This document shows, piece by piece, positions 25,880 to 37,890 of a stretch of DNA of 64,000 bases. The translations under genes and the position numbers were made by a program. Origin of the DNA: Okamejei kenojei. Its lineage: Eukaryota. The notes under the pieces are model-generated. The model was given only the letters and a program-made list of their open reading frames with translations, did not search any database and had not been told where the DNA came from. Numbering within the stretch: the first letter of the stretch is position 1; every line of letters starts with the position of its first letter. Location: assembly GCA_035221665.1 (NCBI GenBank), contig CM069141.1:42036001-42100000 (forward strand), in the 5' to 3' direction.

Positions 25880-26950
25880 AAACCACAAGATGGTTTTGAG
25901 AAGGGGAGATCTTGCCTGATGAATCTGCTGGAATTCTTTGAAAACGTAAATAACAGGACAGACAAAGGAGAATCAGTTGGTGTTGTAGATTTTCAGAAAG
26001 CCTTTGATAAGGTGCCATGTGTGCGGCTGCGAAGGTAGATGGCTTTGAAGGCTTGCGGCCAAGTTTGCAGATGATACGAAAATAGGTGGAGGGGCAGGTA
26101 GTATAGAGAAAGCAGGGACTGCAGAAGGACTTGGGCAGGTTGGGAGAGTGGGCAGAAGGAATATAGTGAAGCAAAGTGTGGAGTCATGCATTTTGGTAGT
26201 AAGACTATTTTCTAAATAGGGAAAGAATCTAGAAATCAAAGGTGTAAAGGTAAGGGAGTGCTGGTGCAGGATTCCCAAAAGGTTTTTTGCAAGTCAAATC
26301 AGTAGTAAGGAAGGCAAATGCAATGCTAGCATTTGTTTCAAGAGGGCTAGAATACAAACACCCAGATATATTGCTGAGGCTCTATAAGGTGCTGGTCAGG
26401 CTGAATTTGGAGTATTGTGAGCAACTTTGGGTACCATATCTGAGGAAGGATGTGCTGTCTCTGGCGAGGGTCCAGAGGAGTTTTATAAGAATTATCCCAG
26501 GAATGATTGGGTTAACATATGATGGGCGTTTGATGGCACTGAGCCTATACTCGCCTGAGTTTAAAGGATGAGGGGAAGGACCTCATTGAAAATTACAAAA
26601 TAATGAAAGGCCTGGATGGATTAAATGTGGAGATGATGCCAGTCTAGGATCAGAGGCCATTGCCTCAGACTGAAAGGTCATACCTTTAGAAAGAAAATGA
26701 GGTGGAATTTCTTGACTCAGGTGATGAATCTGTGGAATTCATTGCCACAGATGGCTGTGGGGGCCAAATCAATGGATATTTTTAAGGCGGAGATTGACTA
26801 GCCTAGAGATTCTTGATTAGAATGAGTGTCTGGGATGATGGGGAGAAGGTAGGTGAATGGGGTTGAGAGGGAAAGATAGAGCACCCATGATTGAATGGCA
26901 GAGTAGACTTGATGGGCTGAATGGCCTAATTTTGTTCCTATAACTTATGA
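25880..26950 (+). mobile_element. Decayed CR1 LINE
   Basis: GRSCLMNLLEFF, DFQKAFDKVP, KANAMLAF..LEYCEQLW remnants. Confidence 0.85.
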
Positions 26951-27108
26951 ACAGTATTGCTCTATGATCAGAAATGAAGCCGACTTGGGCTGACACTCTC
27001 CAGGGTATAAATAAATGACTAATGGCATCACTGGGCTTAGTAGGGTGGATGAGGGATGATATTTCCATGAGCAAAGCAAACTGATTGCCAGAGCAGCTAA
27101 ACGCTTAC

Positions 27109-27185
27109 ATCCATTCCATTACTTTTGAGTTTCTGTTCTTTTGCTGTTGGTGTGGATGGTAGTTTTGAAATGTATCTTCCAAGAA
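27109..27185 (-). CDS. Candidate TIM stalk exon A (VLGRYISKLPSTPTAKEQKLKSNGMD)
   Basis: Acceptor catctcctctcccttag|, donor GAT|GTAAGC. 77 nt, open in phase 1 to 0, located in a non-repetitive island. Confidence 0.4.
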
Positions 27186-27599
27186 CTAAGGGAGAGGAGA
27201 TGAATCATCCACTTCCTTTTTTTATTGTGGTAGATGCCTGTCCTCACAACTAACATTATTTTGACAATCCGCTCAAGAACAGAAAGGGAATAAAACCAAA
27301 AACCAGGGGAACATCCTGTTGTACTGAGTTTTCTTATTTTCTTAGCATTAGATCTTATTCGATTCACTTTGATGAGCAAATGCTCATGTGGATTTTTGGT
27401 TCTGCTTCTCCCAGCAATCTGATGAATTAACATTGGTCAATTCATTCAAATTTTGCTCTGACTGCTGGACTGCTGTGCCTTATGGACTAGGAACTGGGCT
27501 GAGCCTGTACTTCACTGCAGTACATTTTCACAGCAAAGAAATTACAGTTCCATCCCCCCAAATAAATCTGATTAACAGGTGGAAAAACAGTACCTATAG

Positions 27600-28910
27600 T
27601 AGTAGTTCAGCATTTGGAAAGATTGATGGAAGGTTGACATTAGGATCAGTCTTAAAGGAAAGCAGAGGTTAAGGAAGCTGGAGGCTCAATGTTCCAGACT
27701 TTCAAAGTTTCAGACACGATAAGGTGGGAGGGAAGAGGTGGCGGAGTTGCTCTACTAATCAGGGAGAATGTCAAAGTGGCACTGAGAGAACGCAGTGGAG
27801 GGTCCGCCCACTAAGGTGATAAGGGTCAAGATCAAAATTAAGAAAGGTGCGAGCAATCTAAAGGGATTGTACTATCAGCCCCCAATAGTCAGCAGGAGAT
27901 AGAGCAACTATTTGTAGATAGAGTACTGAAAGATTCAGCGTTGTCTACGTGGATGAGCTTAACTTCACCTATATTGACCGGGACTTGCTCAGTGCTAAAG
28001 GCTTAGAAAGGGCAGAATTTATTCAGTGTATCAAAGACTGTTTCCTGAAACGGTGTGTGGTTAGTCCAACCCGAGAAGGAAACATACTTGTGTTGAAAAA
28101 TGAGCTTAGTAAAAGGCAACTAACTTCATGCAGAGAAAGGAGGAGTGCTGGTTCCACACGATCAGTGAGACGAATACTGCAATTTACAATTTACGTTCAT
28201 AATTTATTTTCTAAATGGGGAGAGAATCCAGAAATCAGAGGCGCAAAGGGACTTGGGAGTGCTCGTGCAGGATGCCCAAATAGTTAATCTGCAAGTCGAA
28301 TCTGTAGTAAAGAAAGCAAACTTAATGCTAGCATTTATTTCAATTGGGCTTGTATACAAAAAGAGATATAATGCTCAGGCGCTATAAGGGGCTGGTAAGG
28401 CCACATTTGGAATATTGTGAGCAATTTTAGGCACCAAATCTGAGGAAGGATGTGCTGGCTCTGGAGAGGGTCCAGAGGAGTTTACAAGAATTATCCCAGG
28501 AATGAGCAGGTAAACCTATGATGAGCGTTTGTTGGCACTGGGCCTGTACTCGCTGGGGTTTAGAAGAATGAGGGGGGACCTCATTGAAACAGACAGATAG
28601 TGAAAGGCTTGGATAGAGTGGATGTGGAGAGGATGTTTCCACTAGTGGAAGAGTCTAGGACAGGAGGTCAGAGCCTCAGAATTAAAGGACGTTCTTTATG
28701 GAAGGAGATGTGGAGAATTTTCTTTGGTCAGTGGGTGATGATCTATGGAATTATTTGCCACAGAAGGATAGACATATTCTTGATTAGTACAGGTGTCAGA
28801 GGTTTTGAGGAGAAGGCAGGAGAATAGGGTTGTGAGGGAGAGACAGAACAGCCATGATTGAATATTGATGGGCCGAATGGCCTAATTCTACTTCTATCAC
28901 ATATAACTCA
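27600..28910 (+). mobile_element. Decayed, internally deleted CR1 LINE(s)
   Basis: Endonuclease remnant (ORF 27949-28287) and C-terminal remnant (ORF 28600-28827). Confidence 0.75.
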
Positions 28911-28996
28911 GGAATGTTATTTTTTATAATTAATAGTCATTAATCCTGAAGAGTATTCCAACAAATCACATGAGTAATAATGAACTTAATTTGTCT

Positions 28997-31033
28997 TGGC
29001 CCTTCCAGTCCGTGCCGACCATTTGTTTTCCCCTAGTCCCATCTACCTGCACTCAGACCATACCCCTCCATTCCCTTCACGTCCATATACCTATCCACTT
29101 TACTCTTAAATGTTAAAATCGATCCTGCCTCCACCACTTCTGCTGGAAGCTCATTCCACACAGTCACCACCCTCTGAGTAAAGAAGTTCCCCCTCACGTT
29201 ACCCCGAAACTTGTCAAAGGCCTTACTGAAATCCATATAGACAACATCCACTGCTTTACCGTCATCAATTTCCCTAGTTACCGCTTCAAAAAATTCAAGA
29301 AGGTTTGTCAAACATGACCTTCCAGGCACAAATCCATGTTGACTGTTCCTGATCAGACCCTGTTTATCCAGATGCTTATATATGTTATCTCTAAGTATCC
29401 TTTCCATTAATTTGCCCACCACTGACGTCAAACTAATAGGTCTATAATTGCTAGGTTTATTCTTTGAACCCTTTTTAAACAATGGAACAACATGCGCAGT
29501 ACGCCAATCCTCCGGCACTATTCCCGTTTCTAATGACATTTGAAATATTTCTGTCATAGCTCCTGCTATTTCTACACTAACTTCCCTCAATGTCCTAGGG
29601 AATATCCTGTCAGGACCTGGAGACTTATCCACTTTTATATTTTTCAAAAGTGTCAGTACTTCCTCCTCTTTGAATCTCCTAGTTTCCATAGCTACTCTAC
29701 TTTTTCCCCTTAACTCACAGAGTTCAATATCCTTCTCCTTGGTGAATACCGAAGAAAATAAATTGTTCAATAACTCCCCCATCTCTTTTGGCTCTGCAGA
29801 TAGCTGTCCATTCTGGTTCTCTAATGGTCCAATTTTATCCCTCGTTATCCTTTTGCTATTAATATAGCTGTAGAAACCCTTTGGGTTTATTTTCACCTTT
29901 CTTGCCAAAGCAACCTCATATCTTCTTTTAGCCTTCCTAATTTCTTTCTTAAGATTCTTTTTACATTCTTTATACTCCTCTAGCACCTCATTTACTCCAT
30001 GCCTCCTATATTTATTGTAGATATCTCTCTTTTTTCGAAACAAGTGTCCAATTTCCCTTGAAAACCATGGCTCTTTCCAATTTTTCCTATTTCCGTTCAA
30101 CCTAACAGGGACATAAAGATTCTGTACTCTTACAATTTCCCCTTTAAATGTCCTCCATTTCTCTTCTACATCCTTCCCATGAAACAAAGTGTCCCAATTC
30201 ACTCCTTTTAAATCCTTACGCATTCCCTCAAAGTTAGCCTTTCTCCAATCAAAAATCTCCACCCTAGGTCCAGTTCTGACTCTCTCCATAATTATATTGA
30301 AACTAATGGTATTGTGATCACTGGTCCCGAAGTGCTCACCAACACATATCTCCGTCACCTGACCTGCCTCATTTCCTAACAGGAGGTCCAGCACTGCCCC
30401 TTCTCTGGTCGATACCTCTATGTACTGCTGCAAAAAACTATCCTGCACACATTTAACAAACTCCAAACCATCCAGCCAATTTACAGAATGTGTTTCCCAG
30501 TCTATTTTTGGAAAATTGAAATCTCCCACAATCACTACCTTGTGCTTACTACTAATATCTGCTATCTCCTTACATATTTGCTCTTCCAATTCTCGCTCCC
30601 CATTTGTCGGTCTATAATACACCCCTAAAAGTGTTGCTACACCGTTCCCACTTCTCAGTTCCACCCAAATAGCCTCCCTAGACGAGCCCTCTAATCTATC
30701 CTGCCAAAGCACTGCTGTAATGTCTTCTCTGACAAGCAATGCAACACCTCCCCCTCTGGACCCTCCAATTCTATCACACCTGAAGCAACGAAATCCTGGA
30801 ATATTTAGTTTCCAATCACAGCCCTCCTGCAACCATGTTTCACTGATTGACACAACATCATATTTCCAGGTGTCAATCCAGGCTCTAAGTTCATCCACCT
30901 TACTTACAATGCTCCTAGCATTAAAATATACACATTTTAGAAACCCACCATCCCTTATTCTCTGTCTATTATCTTTTTCATCTTTCTCGCCTACATTTTG
31001 GATCCGAGTGCTTCCCTTCTCGATCCCGATCAC
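28997..31033 (-). mobile_element. Young CR1 LINE with uninterrupted 666-codon ORF2 (APE endonuclease plus N-half of RT, internally deleted)
   Basis: YFNARSI, SETW, GVYYRP, GDFNFP, LDLL, SDH endonuclease motifs; RT runs to DFSKAFDK and then jumps in frame to FRGNVRGNFFTQRVV. Confidence 0.95.
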
Positions 31034-31669
31034 TGCTGATTTAGCTACAGTTTACAAAGGCAATAGAAAATGCAAGTTAAACCCAATGGTTCATTTATGA
31101 AGGGGGAGTATCAAACAATGGGGTAGTTATGCAAAATCTGCTTTGAGCTTTGGTGGGAACATATTAGTGATTAGTTTGCCCAGTTCTGGTCTGCACATTA
31201 TAAAAAGGATGCAGAAGTTGCACATAGGTATTTTGTAAGGATTTACATGGAATTACGAGAAATGGCTCCCGGTGACTCAGGCTGGGAGCTAAACATGCAG
31301 GGATATTCGATATTCTGGAAGGATAGACAGAAAGGAAGAGGAGGTGGGGTGGCATTGCTGGTTAAAGAGGAGATTCATTCAATAGCAAGGAGAGACATCA
31401 GCTTGGATGCTGTAAAATCGGTATAGGTAGAACTGCAAATTAGCCAAGGGCAGAAAACGCTTTTGGAGTGGTATACAGAGCATCAAACAGCAGTAGTGAG
31501 GTCGGGGATAACATCAGGCAGGAAATTAGAGTGGGTGTAGCAAAGGTAGAGCGGTTATCATGGGTGACTTGAATCTACATATAGATTGGGCCAACCAAAT
31601 TGGTAACAGTGCCGAGGAGGAGGATTTCCTGGAATGTATACTGAATGATTTTTAAACCAATATGTAGAG

Positions 31670-31960
31670 CATGAGTGGGTAACCTGCGGCCCTAAGGCCT
31701 CATGCGGCCTTCTAGGCCATTAAGTGTGGCCTTTTGAATTAATCCAAATTTTGTGGAACAAATCCTTTTATTTTTTAATATGTTTTTGTTCGTCTTTTAT
31801 TATTTATATTTTAATCCTTAAAAACGTATTTAAAATACCAGAGTAAAAGAAGATTCAACGAAATAATCCTATATCTATTTGAAGTTTCTTGGATGTGGCC
31901 TTTAATAGATTACAGATAACTAAATGCGGCCTTCCAACATGAAAAGGATCCCCACCGCTG
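31670..31960. mobile_element. hAT (Charlie-like) MITE
   Basis: Imperfect TIRs catgagtgggtaacct / aggatccccaccgctg; 8-bp TSD atgtagag at 31662-31669 and 31961-31968. Confidence 0.85.
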
Positions 31961-32223
31961 ATGTAGAGGCAGGGCCGGCCTTAAGCCGATTGGACCGATT
32001 TCTCCCAATTGGGCCCCACGGGGGGGGGGGTATTTTTCCGTATTTTGTACGGAAATACAAATTTGCTTTGTTAAATAAAGATTTTAAAAAACATTCGACA
32101 TACGCATTTTTTTACAAAACGAACATAGATAACAATTGCTGCACGGCCATCAGACACAAACGATTTGTTAACTACTACTGTAGCACTTATTAACAGCCAG
32201 TAGTTAACAAGTAGTTATACATT

Positions 32224-32388
32224 GTGTCATCAATGCATCAATCCACATTCCTCAGTAAATGTAATTGTGTTTTGAACAAGTATTAATGACGCTGCGTTCT
32301 TTTGAATATAATTCACGGGGCGTCATCAATACTTGTTCAAAAAACAATTACATTTACTGAGGAATGTGGATCGGCGCATTGATGACAC
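32224..32388. repeat. Long inverted repeat (69-bp arms, 27-nt loop)
   Basis: 32224-32292 is the reverse complement of 32320-32388 with about 6 mismatches. Confidence 0.9.
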
Positions 32389-32399
32389 GTTGAGAATTT

Positions 32400-34294
32400 C
32401 TTAAAACTCACCATCATAATTGAGGGCTTCTTCTTGGTCTGCTGCAGGTTAATAATTGGGTGAGCAATCTGAGGGCTGAATTTAACCCATTAGGTAATCC
32501 CCTCAGCTGACCCATCCAATTAATTTAAGTACCTGAATAATAAGGCATCTTTTTTAGGTCTAATAATAGCCATATAGTAGCCTTGTGATGACAACTTTGT
32601 TACAGTATAATTTTTTTAAATTGCCTATACTGAACTATAAATTTAAGTTTGTGAGTCCCAGAATGACTCTGCAACCCCCATACTTGTGTCTGGGATATAT
32701 TATCTCTACCTGACGAGTTCCTGGTACATTCAAACACCAAGCCGATCAGATTTAATGCAGAATTATAAAACAATTGTAACCAGAGGTTGATTCCCAGAAA
32801 TTCCATGTGTGATAGAATGACGTTTCTGTACTTCCGTAAATGAACCAGAAGATCTCCTTCTCTTAATATAGGGGTTCGTATTCAACCTGTTTGTTTTCGC
32901 AAAGCAGGGATGAGAAGTTTTATAAGGCAAATATCCTTAATTGTTTGGGCAGTTTTTCATCAATCATAAATCTGGTTATAGCTTGCCCACATAATCCTAC
33001 ATTTTTTTGGGGTATAATGTTAGCCAAATGGCAATTTTCATCATACAATTGGGTTCGAATATGCATTGCAGAGTAACGCAAGCATGTCTTAAAAGTATTG
33101 GACATTATCGACCCATGTATGTCTTCCCCAAATGCAGTGATGCCAACTAAATATCAGCTAGGCGACATGCTGGAACACATTTCCTGTCCTCGCATCGTTA
33201 CACTCATGGGTGCCCAATTTCTTTTGGAGCCTGCCTTAGAATCTCATGGGTCTTAAAACCCTTAATTGTTTAGAATTTTGAGCATTTTACCTTGCTCTAA
33301 ATACTTCATCCAGACCTATGTAAGGCACTGGTGAATGAGATTCTCATTCTTTATAGGCACCATACTCAGTGTATGGAAACTCCTTCGGAGCCTGCCATAG
33401 AATCTCATGGGTCTTTAGAACCCTTGACTGATTAGAATTTGGAGCATTTTATCTTGCTCTAGGGATCTCATCCAGACCTAACCAAGGTACTGGAGAATCA
33501 GAATCCCATTTTCATAGGCACCATATTCAGCGTATGGAAACTCCTTTGGAGCCTGCCTTACAGGAAGACATACCTGGGTCAAGAACCCTTGACTAAGTCA
33601 AGTGTGGAGCATTTTCTCCATTTACAGCCTCCCCCACATTCTTGTCCTCCCTTGGAGGAGAGTTACTTCTTTACTATTTTGTATTTATGCATAAACCATA
33701 TATGTTTAAAATTGTAATTCTGACAGGCACATTCTGCTTGCAGAATATTTGTATTAACCTCAGTATCACACAAGGTTATATACATTTCCACGAAGAAACT
33801 GCATCTGGTAACATATACTCAGAGCAGACTTTATTTAACAATTGCTGGGTATTTGGAGCCGGCATTTAGCACAGCCGTTATCTCCAAACCCGATCTAAAT
33901 AGCGGTAAATAGCGGGAGCCGGCTTTTAAAGCAGCCTTTACCGGGAGCCCTTACCTCCCAATCCGATCTAAATCGGAAACTGCGGTTCCAGAGTGTTCTA
34001 TTCAATTACCGCAGTTTAAAAATACATTCACTCTAGTTGGCTCCGTATTTCGAGCCAGAGTTACAGAGTTTTTAAAAAAGATTCAAAATACATCAGCACT
34101 CTAGCTGGCTCTGCAGACTTACAGAGTTTAAACCCACTAGCAAGAAAGTTCAACAGCGACTTACCTGCAGGTTAAACTTACGCTGGTGGGAGCTGCGCTC
34201 TCCACCCTGTTGGAGCTTCACATGCGTCGACGTAATGCCGAGCATGCGCCAGGCGGGGCTTCTTCACGTAGTCACTCACGTGTCTCCGAAGTAA
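32400..34294 (-). mobile_element. DIRS1-like element, 5' part only
   Basis: 34226-34297 is nearly identical to 5903-5974, including the flanking AAT; 32504-32535 matches 4081-4113. Confidence 0.82.
33226..33620. repeat. 161-bp tandem repeat, about 2.4 copies
   Basis: ggagcctgcc unit starts at 33226, 33387 and 33548. Confidence 0.85.
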
Positions 34295-34713
34295 AATGAC
34301 CCACATGCTGTGTGTGTGTGTTTGGAGGAGTCTGAGGGAAGAAGCGCCGCCACCAAGAGCGAACGAACGTGCGGACAGACGCACAAACATAACGTTCATA
34401 GAGTGGAATTGGTGACATTTCAGGTCGAGACCCTTCTTTAGACTGACAATCAAGTGAAAGTGAAATGGGAGATATAGGCATATCGTCCATTCATTTGTCC
34501 TTAGTACCGTCTTGTTCCTCTTTCCCCTGACTCAGTCTGAAGAAGGGTCTCGACCTGAAATGTCACCTATTCCGCTCTACCAGTGTTGCTTTCGTCCGTC
34601 TGTCCGCTCGTTCACTCATCCTTGGATTAAGTGGCGCAGGATAAAGCTGCATATTCATGCACAGGATGGAAACTGGAAACTGAAAACTAGGGGAACGCCA
34701 TCCCCCTGCGTAA

Positions 34714-34774
34714 CCCCCCCCCCCCCCCCCCACCATTTCCATCACTGCTTCACACACACATTCACACACAACCA

Positions 34775-34807
<33 letters not shown>

Positions 34808-34846
34808 CACACACATTCACACAGACAACCAACACACACACACACT
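34714..34846. repeat. poly-C plus compound (CA)n microsatellite
   Basis: Read directly. Confidence 0.95.
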
Positions 34847-36893
34847 ACTAAGTTAGGATGGGGCTGAAGCCCAAAGTTGAATGCCTGGACTGGTTTTTCG
34901 CCAATAGTTATTGGTTTCCAGGATCTAGTTAATTATCATTTTTTTCACTTCACAGTCACTAAAGTGGTATTGTAACTATGTACATTTCAAAGGTGATCTA
35001 CACCTTTTGTTTGTTACTTGCAGGTACATGTGTGCAATTGTATATTAAAATGTAGCTTCTATCTGTTTGGTCCATTAACTCGCATGCACTTTTTAACCGC
35101 ACATTTTGATTACGTTCTATTCTACCATCGAGATATAAAGTCTATAATAGACTTTATTTGTATTTCTATGATTCTACAGACCTTGGCTGGGTACCTGGGC
35201 TCACCAAAAGTGTTCCCAATTGGGCCCCGCACCTCCTAACGCCAGCCCTGTGTAGAGGAACCGAATAGAGGGCAGGCCATCCTAGACTGGGTATTGTGTA
35301 ATGAGGAAGGATTATTAAGCAATCTTGTTGTGCAAGGCCCCTTGGGCAACAGTGACCATATGGTGGAATTCTGCATTAGGATGGAGAGTGACACAGTTAA
35401 TTCAGAAACTAGGCTACTGAACTTGAATAAAGGAGATTTTTAAGACATGGACAGGAATTGGCTATGATAGACTGGCAAATCATACTTAAAGGATTGACAG
35501 TGGAGATGCAATGGCAAAGATTTAAAGACCGCATGGATGAACTCCGGAAATTGTTCAACCGTGGCTGACAAGGGACATCAAGGATAGTGTTAATGCCAAG
35601 GAAGAGGCAAAAAATTGGCCAGAAGAAGTGACAAACCAGGGGGCTGGGAGAAATTTAGATCTCAACAGAGATGGGAAAAGGGTTTAATTAAGGGGGGGTT
35701 GGGGGGAGAGCATGAAAGAAAGCTTGCGGGGAATATAAAAACAGACTGTGAAAGTTTCTATAGATATGTAAAAAGGAAAAGACTAGTGAAGATGAATGTA
35801 GGTCCCTTACAGTCAGAGACAGGTGAATTAATATTGGGAAACAAGGAAATGGCAGAACAGTTCAACAAATACTTTGGTTCTGTCTTCACTAAGGAAGACA
35901 CAAACAATCTAGGGGATCAAGGATCTAGTGGTGGGGAGGAACTGAAGGGAATCCACATTAGTCAGAAAATGGTGTTAGGTAAATTGTTGGGACTGAAGGC
36001 AGATAAATTCCCAGGACCTGATGGTATGCATCCCAGATTACTCAAGGTGGTGGCCCCAGAAATTGTGGATGCATTGATGATCATTTTCCAATGTCCTCTC
36101 GACTCTGGATCAGTTCCTGTGGAATGGAGGGTGGCCAATGTAACTCCACTTTTTAAGAAAGGAGGCAGAGAGAAAATGGGGAATTATAGACCAGTTAGCT
36201 TTGCATCGGTAGTGGGGAAGATGCTGGAGTCGATTATTAAAGATTTTATAGCAGCACATTTGTAAAGCAGTGATGGGATCAGTCAATGTAAGCATGGATT
36301 TATGAAGGGGAAATCATTCATGACTAATCTTTTGAATTTTTTTGAGGATGTAACAAGTAGAATGGATAAGGGAGAGCCAGTGGATGTGGTGTATCTGGAC
36401 ATTTAAAAAGCCTTTGACAAGGTCCCACACAAGAGATTAGACCACATGGTATTGGGGGTAGGGTATTGACATGGATCGAGAACTGGTTGGCAGACAGGAA
36501 GCAAAGAGTGGGAATTAATGGGTCCTTTTCAGAATGGCAGGCAGCGACTAGTTGGGTGCTGGAAGGCTCGGTGCTGGAACCCCATTTGGTTACAATATAT
36601 ATTAACGATTTAGACAAGGGAATTAAATGAAACATCTCTATGTTTGCGGATGACACAAAGCTGGGCTGCTGAGTGAGCTGTGAGGAGGATGTTATGAGGC
36701 TGCAGGGTGACTTGGATAGGCTGGGTGAGTGGGCAGAAGCATGGCAGATGCAGTATAATGTGGATAAATGTGAGGTTATCCACTTTGGTGGCAAGAACAG
36801 GAAGGCAGATTATTATATGAATGGTGTCAGATTAGGAGAAGGGGAGATGCAACGAGACCTGGGTGTGCTTGTACGTCAGTCACTGAAAGTAAG

Positions 36894-37125
36894 TCTCATT
36901 TTCACACCACAAACAGCTTACAATGGCTTGTTCCCTTTATCATCAATACTTTTTTGCATATCTTTCATCCATTGTTCTTTATCTCTCCACATCACCCGTC
37001 TATATCTCTCGTTTCCCTGATCCCTGACCAGTCTGAAGAAGGGTCTCGTCCCGAAACGTCGCCTATCTCCTTCGCTCCTTAGATGCTGCCGCACCCGCTG
37101 AGTTTCTCCAGCTTTTTGTGTAACC
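36894..37125 (+). mobile_element. Penelope terminal-repeat insertion
   Basis: 13-bp TSD cactgaaagtaag at 36881-36893 and 37126-37138; same terminal motif as the longer Penelope copies. Confidence 0.85.
37033..37060 (+). ncRNA. Minimal hammerhead ribozyme core (Penelope-associated)
   Basis: CUGAAGA-A-GGGUCUCGUCCC-GAAAC-GUC. Stem I is only about 2 bp, so activity is unproven. Confidence 0.55.
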
Positions 37126-37433
37126 CACTGAAAGTAAGCATACAGGTACAGCAGGCAGTGAAGAAAGCCAATGGCATGTTGGCCTTCATTGCAAGAGGAT
37201 TTGAGTTTAGGAGCAAGGAGGTCCTACTGCAGTTGTACATGGCACTAGTGAGACCACTCCTGGAGTATTGTGTGCAATTCTGGTCCCCTAATTTGAGGAT
37301 GGACATTATTGCTATTGAGGAAGTGCAGCACAGGTTCACCAGGTTAATTCCCAGGATGGAGGGACTGACGTATGATGAAAGAATGAATCCAGCTGGTATT
37401 GGCTGGATTTCTGAAGGATGAGAGGGAATCTTA

Positions 37434-37890
37434 TCTATATAATTAAAATTCTCATCTTGACCACTTCCTGTTTGCACTGCATATTGATTTTAGAAAATAA
37501 GCTACCACTTACGGCTGTGATTTTTGGCCATCTTAACTCAGAGTCTCCCTCCGCTGTGCAGGACAAGAGGATTTTTCCCATCAATGAAAAATAAGAGTTA
37601 TTAGTATTTTAAAAATGTTGAGATTCTCTCTCCTGTCAATCACTGCCATGAAGGCCACGCCCCTTCTGGGGGGAGGGACTATAAAACCCAGAACTGTGGG
37701 CGTGTCTCAGTCTCTGCAAGATGAGGGAGGGAGAGGTCACCTTGGTGGACTTGCATCCTGCTTGAAATGGTAGGCAACTGCTTTTGAATTTGGTGGCCTT
37801 GCTCCCTGCTTGAAATGGTAGGAAACTGCTTTTGAATTTGGTGGTCTTGCACCCTGCTTGAAATGGTATGAAACTGCTTGTGATACCACC
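37434..37890 (+). mobile_element. Helitron-like element, 5' part, with 48-bp tandem repeats (37757-37880)
   Basis: Begins TCTATATAATTAAAA directly after an A of the host CR1 (ctta|t site); no TSD; 3' end lost. Confidence 0.6.

Larger units (their letters stand above)
31970..35250. mobile_element. Non-autonomous hAT element carrying a DIRS fragment and palindromes
   Basis: TIRs cagggccggcctta / taacgccagccctg; subterminal cccaattgggcccc at both ends; 8-bp TSD tgtagagg at 31962-31969 and 35251-35258. Confidence 0.88.

Noticed and set aside
33226-33620. Tandem repeats here and at 37757-37880 as a CRISPR-like array
   Set aside because: There are no unique spacers, the context is eukaryotic, and both arrays lie inside transposons.
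34563-34841. Cys/Val-rich ORFs here and at 59035-59234
   Set aside because: These are translations of (CA/TG)n microsatellites.
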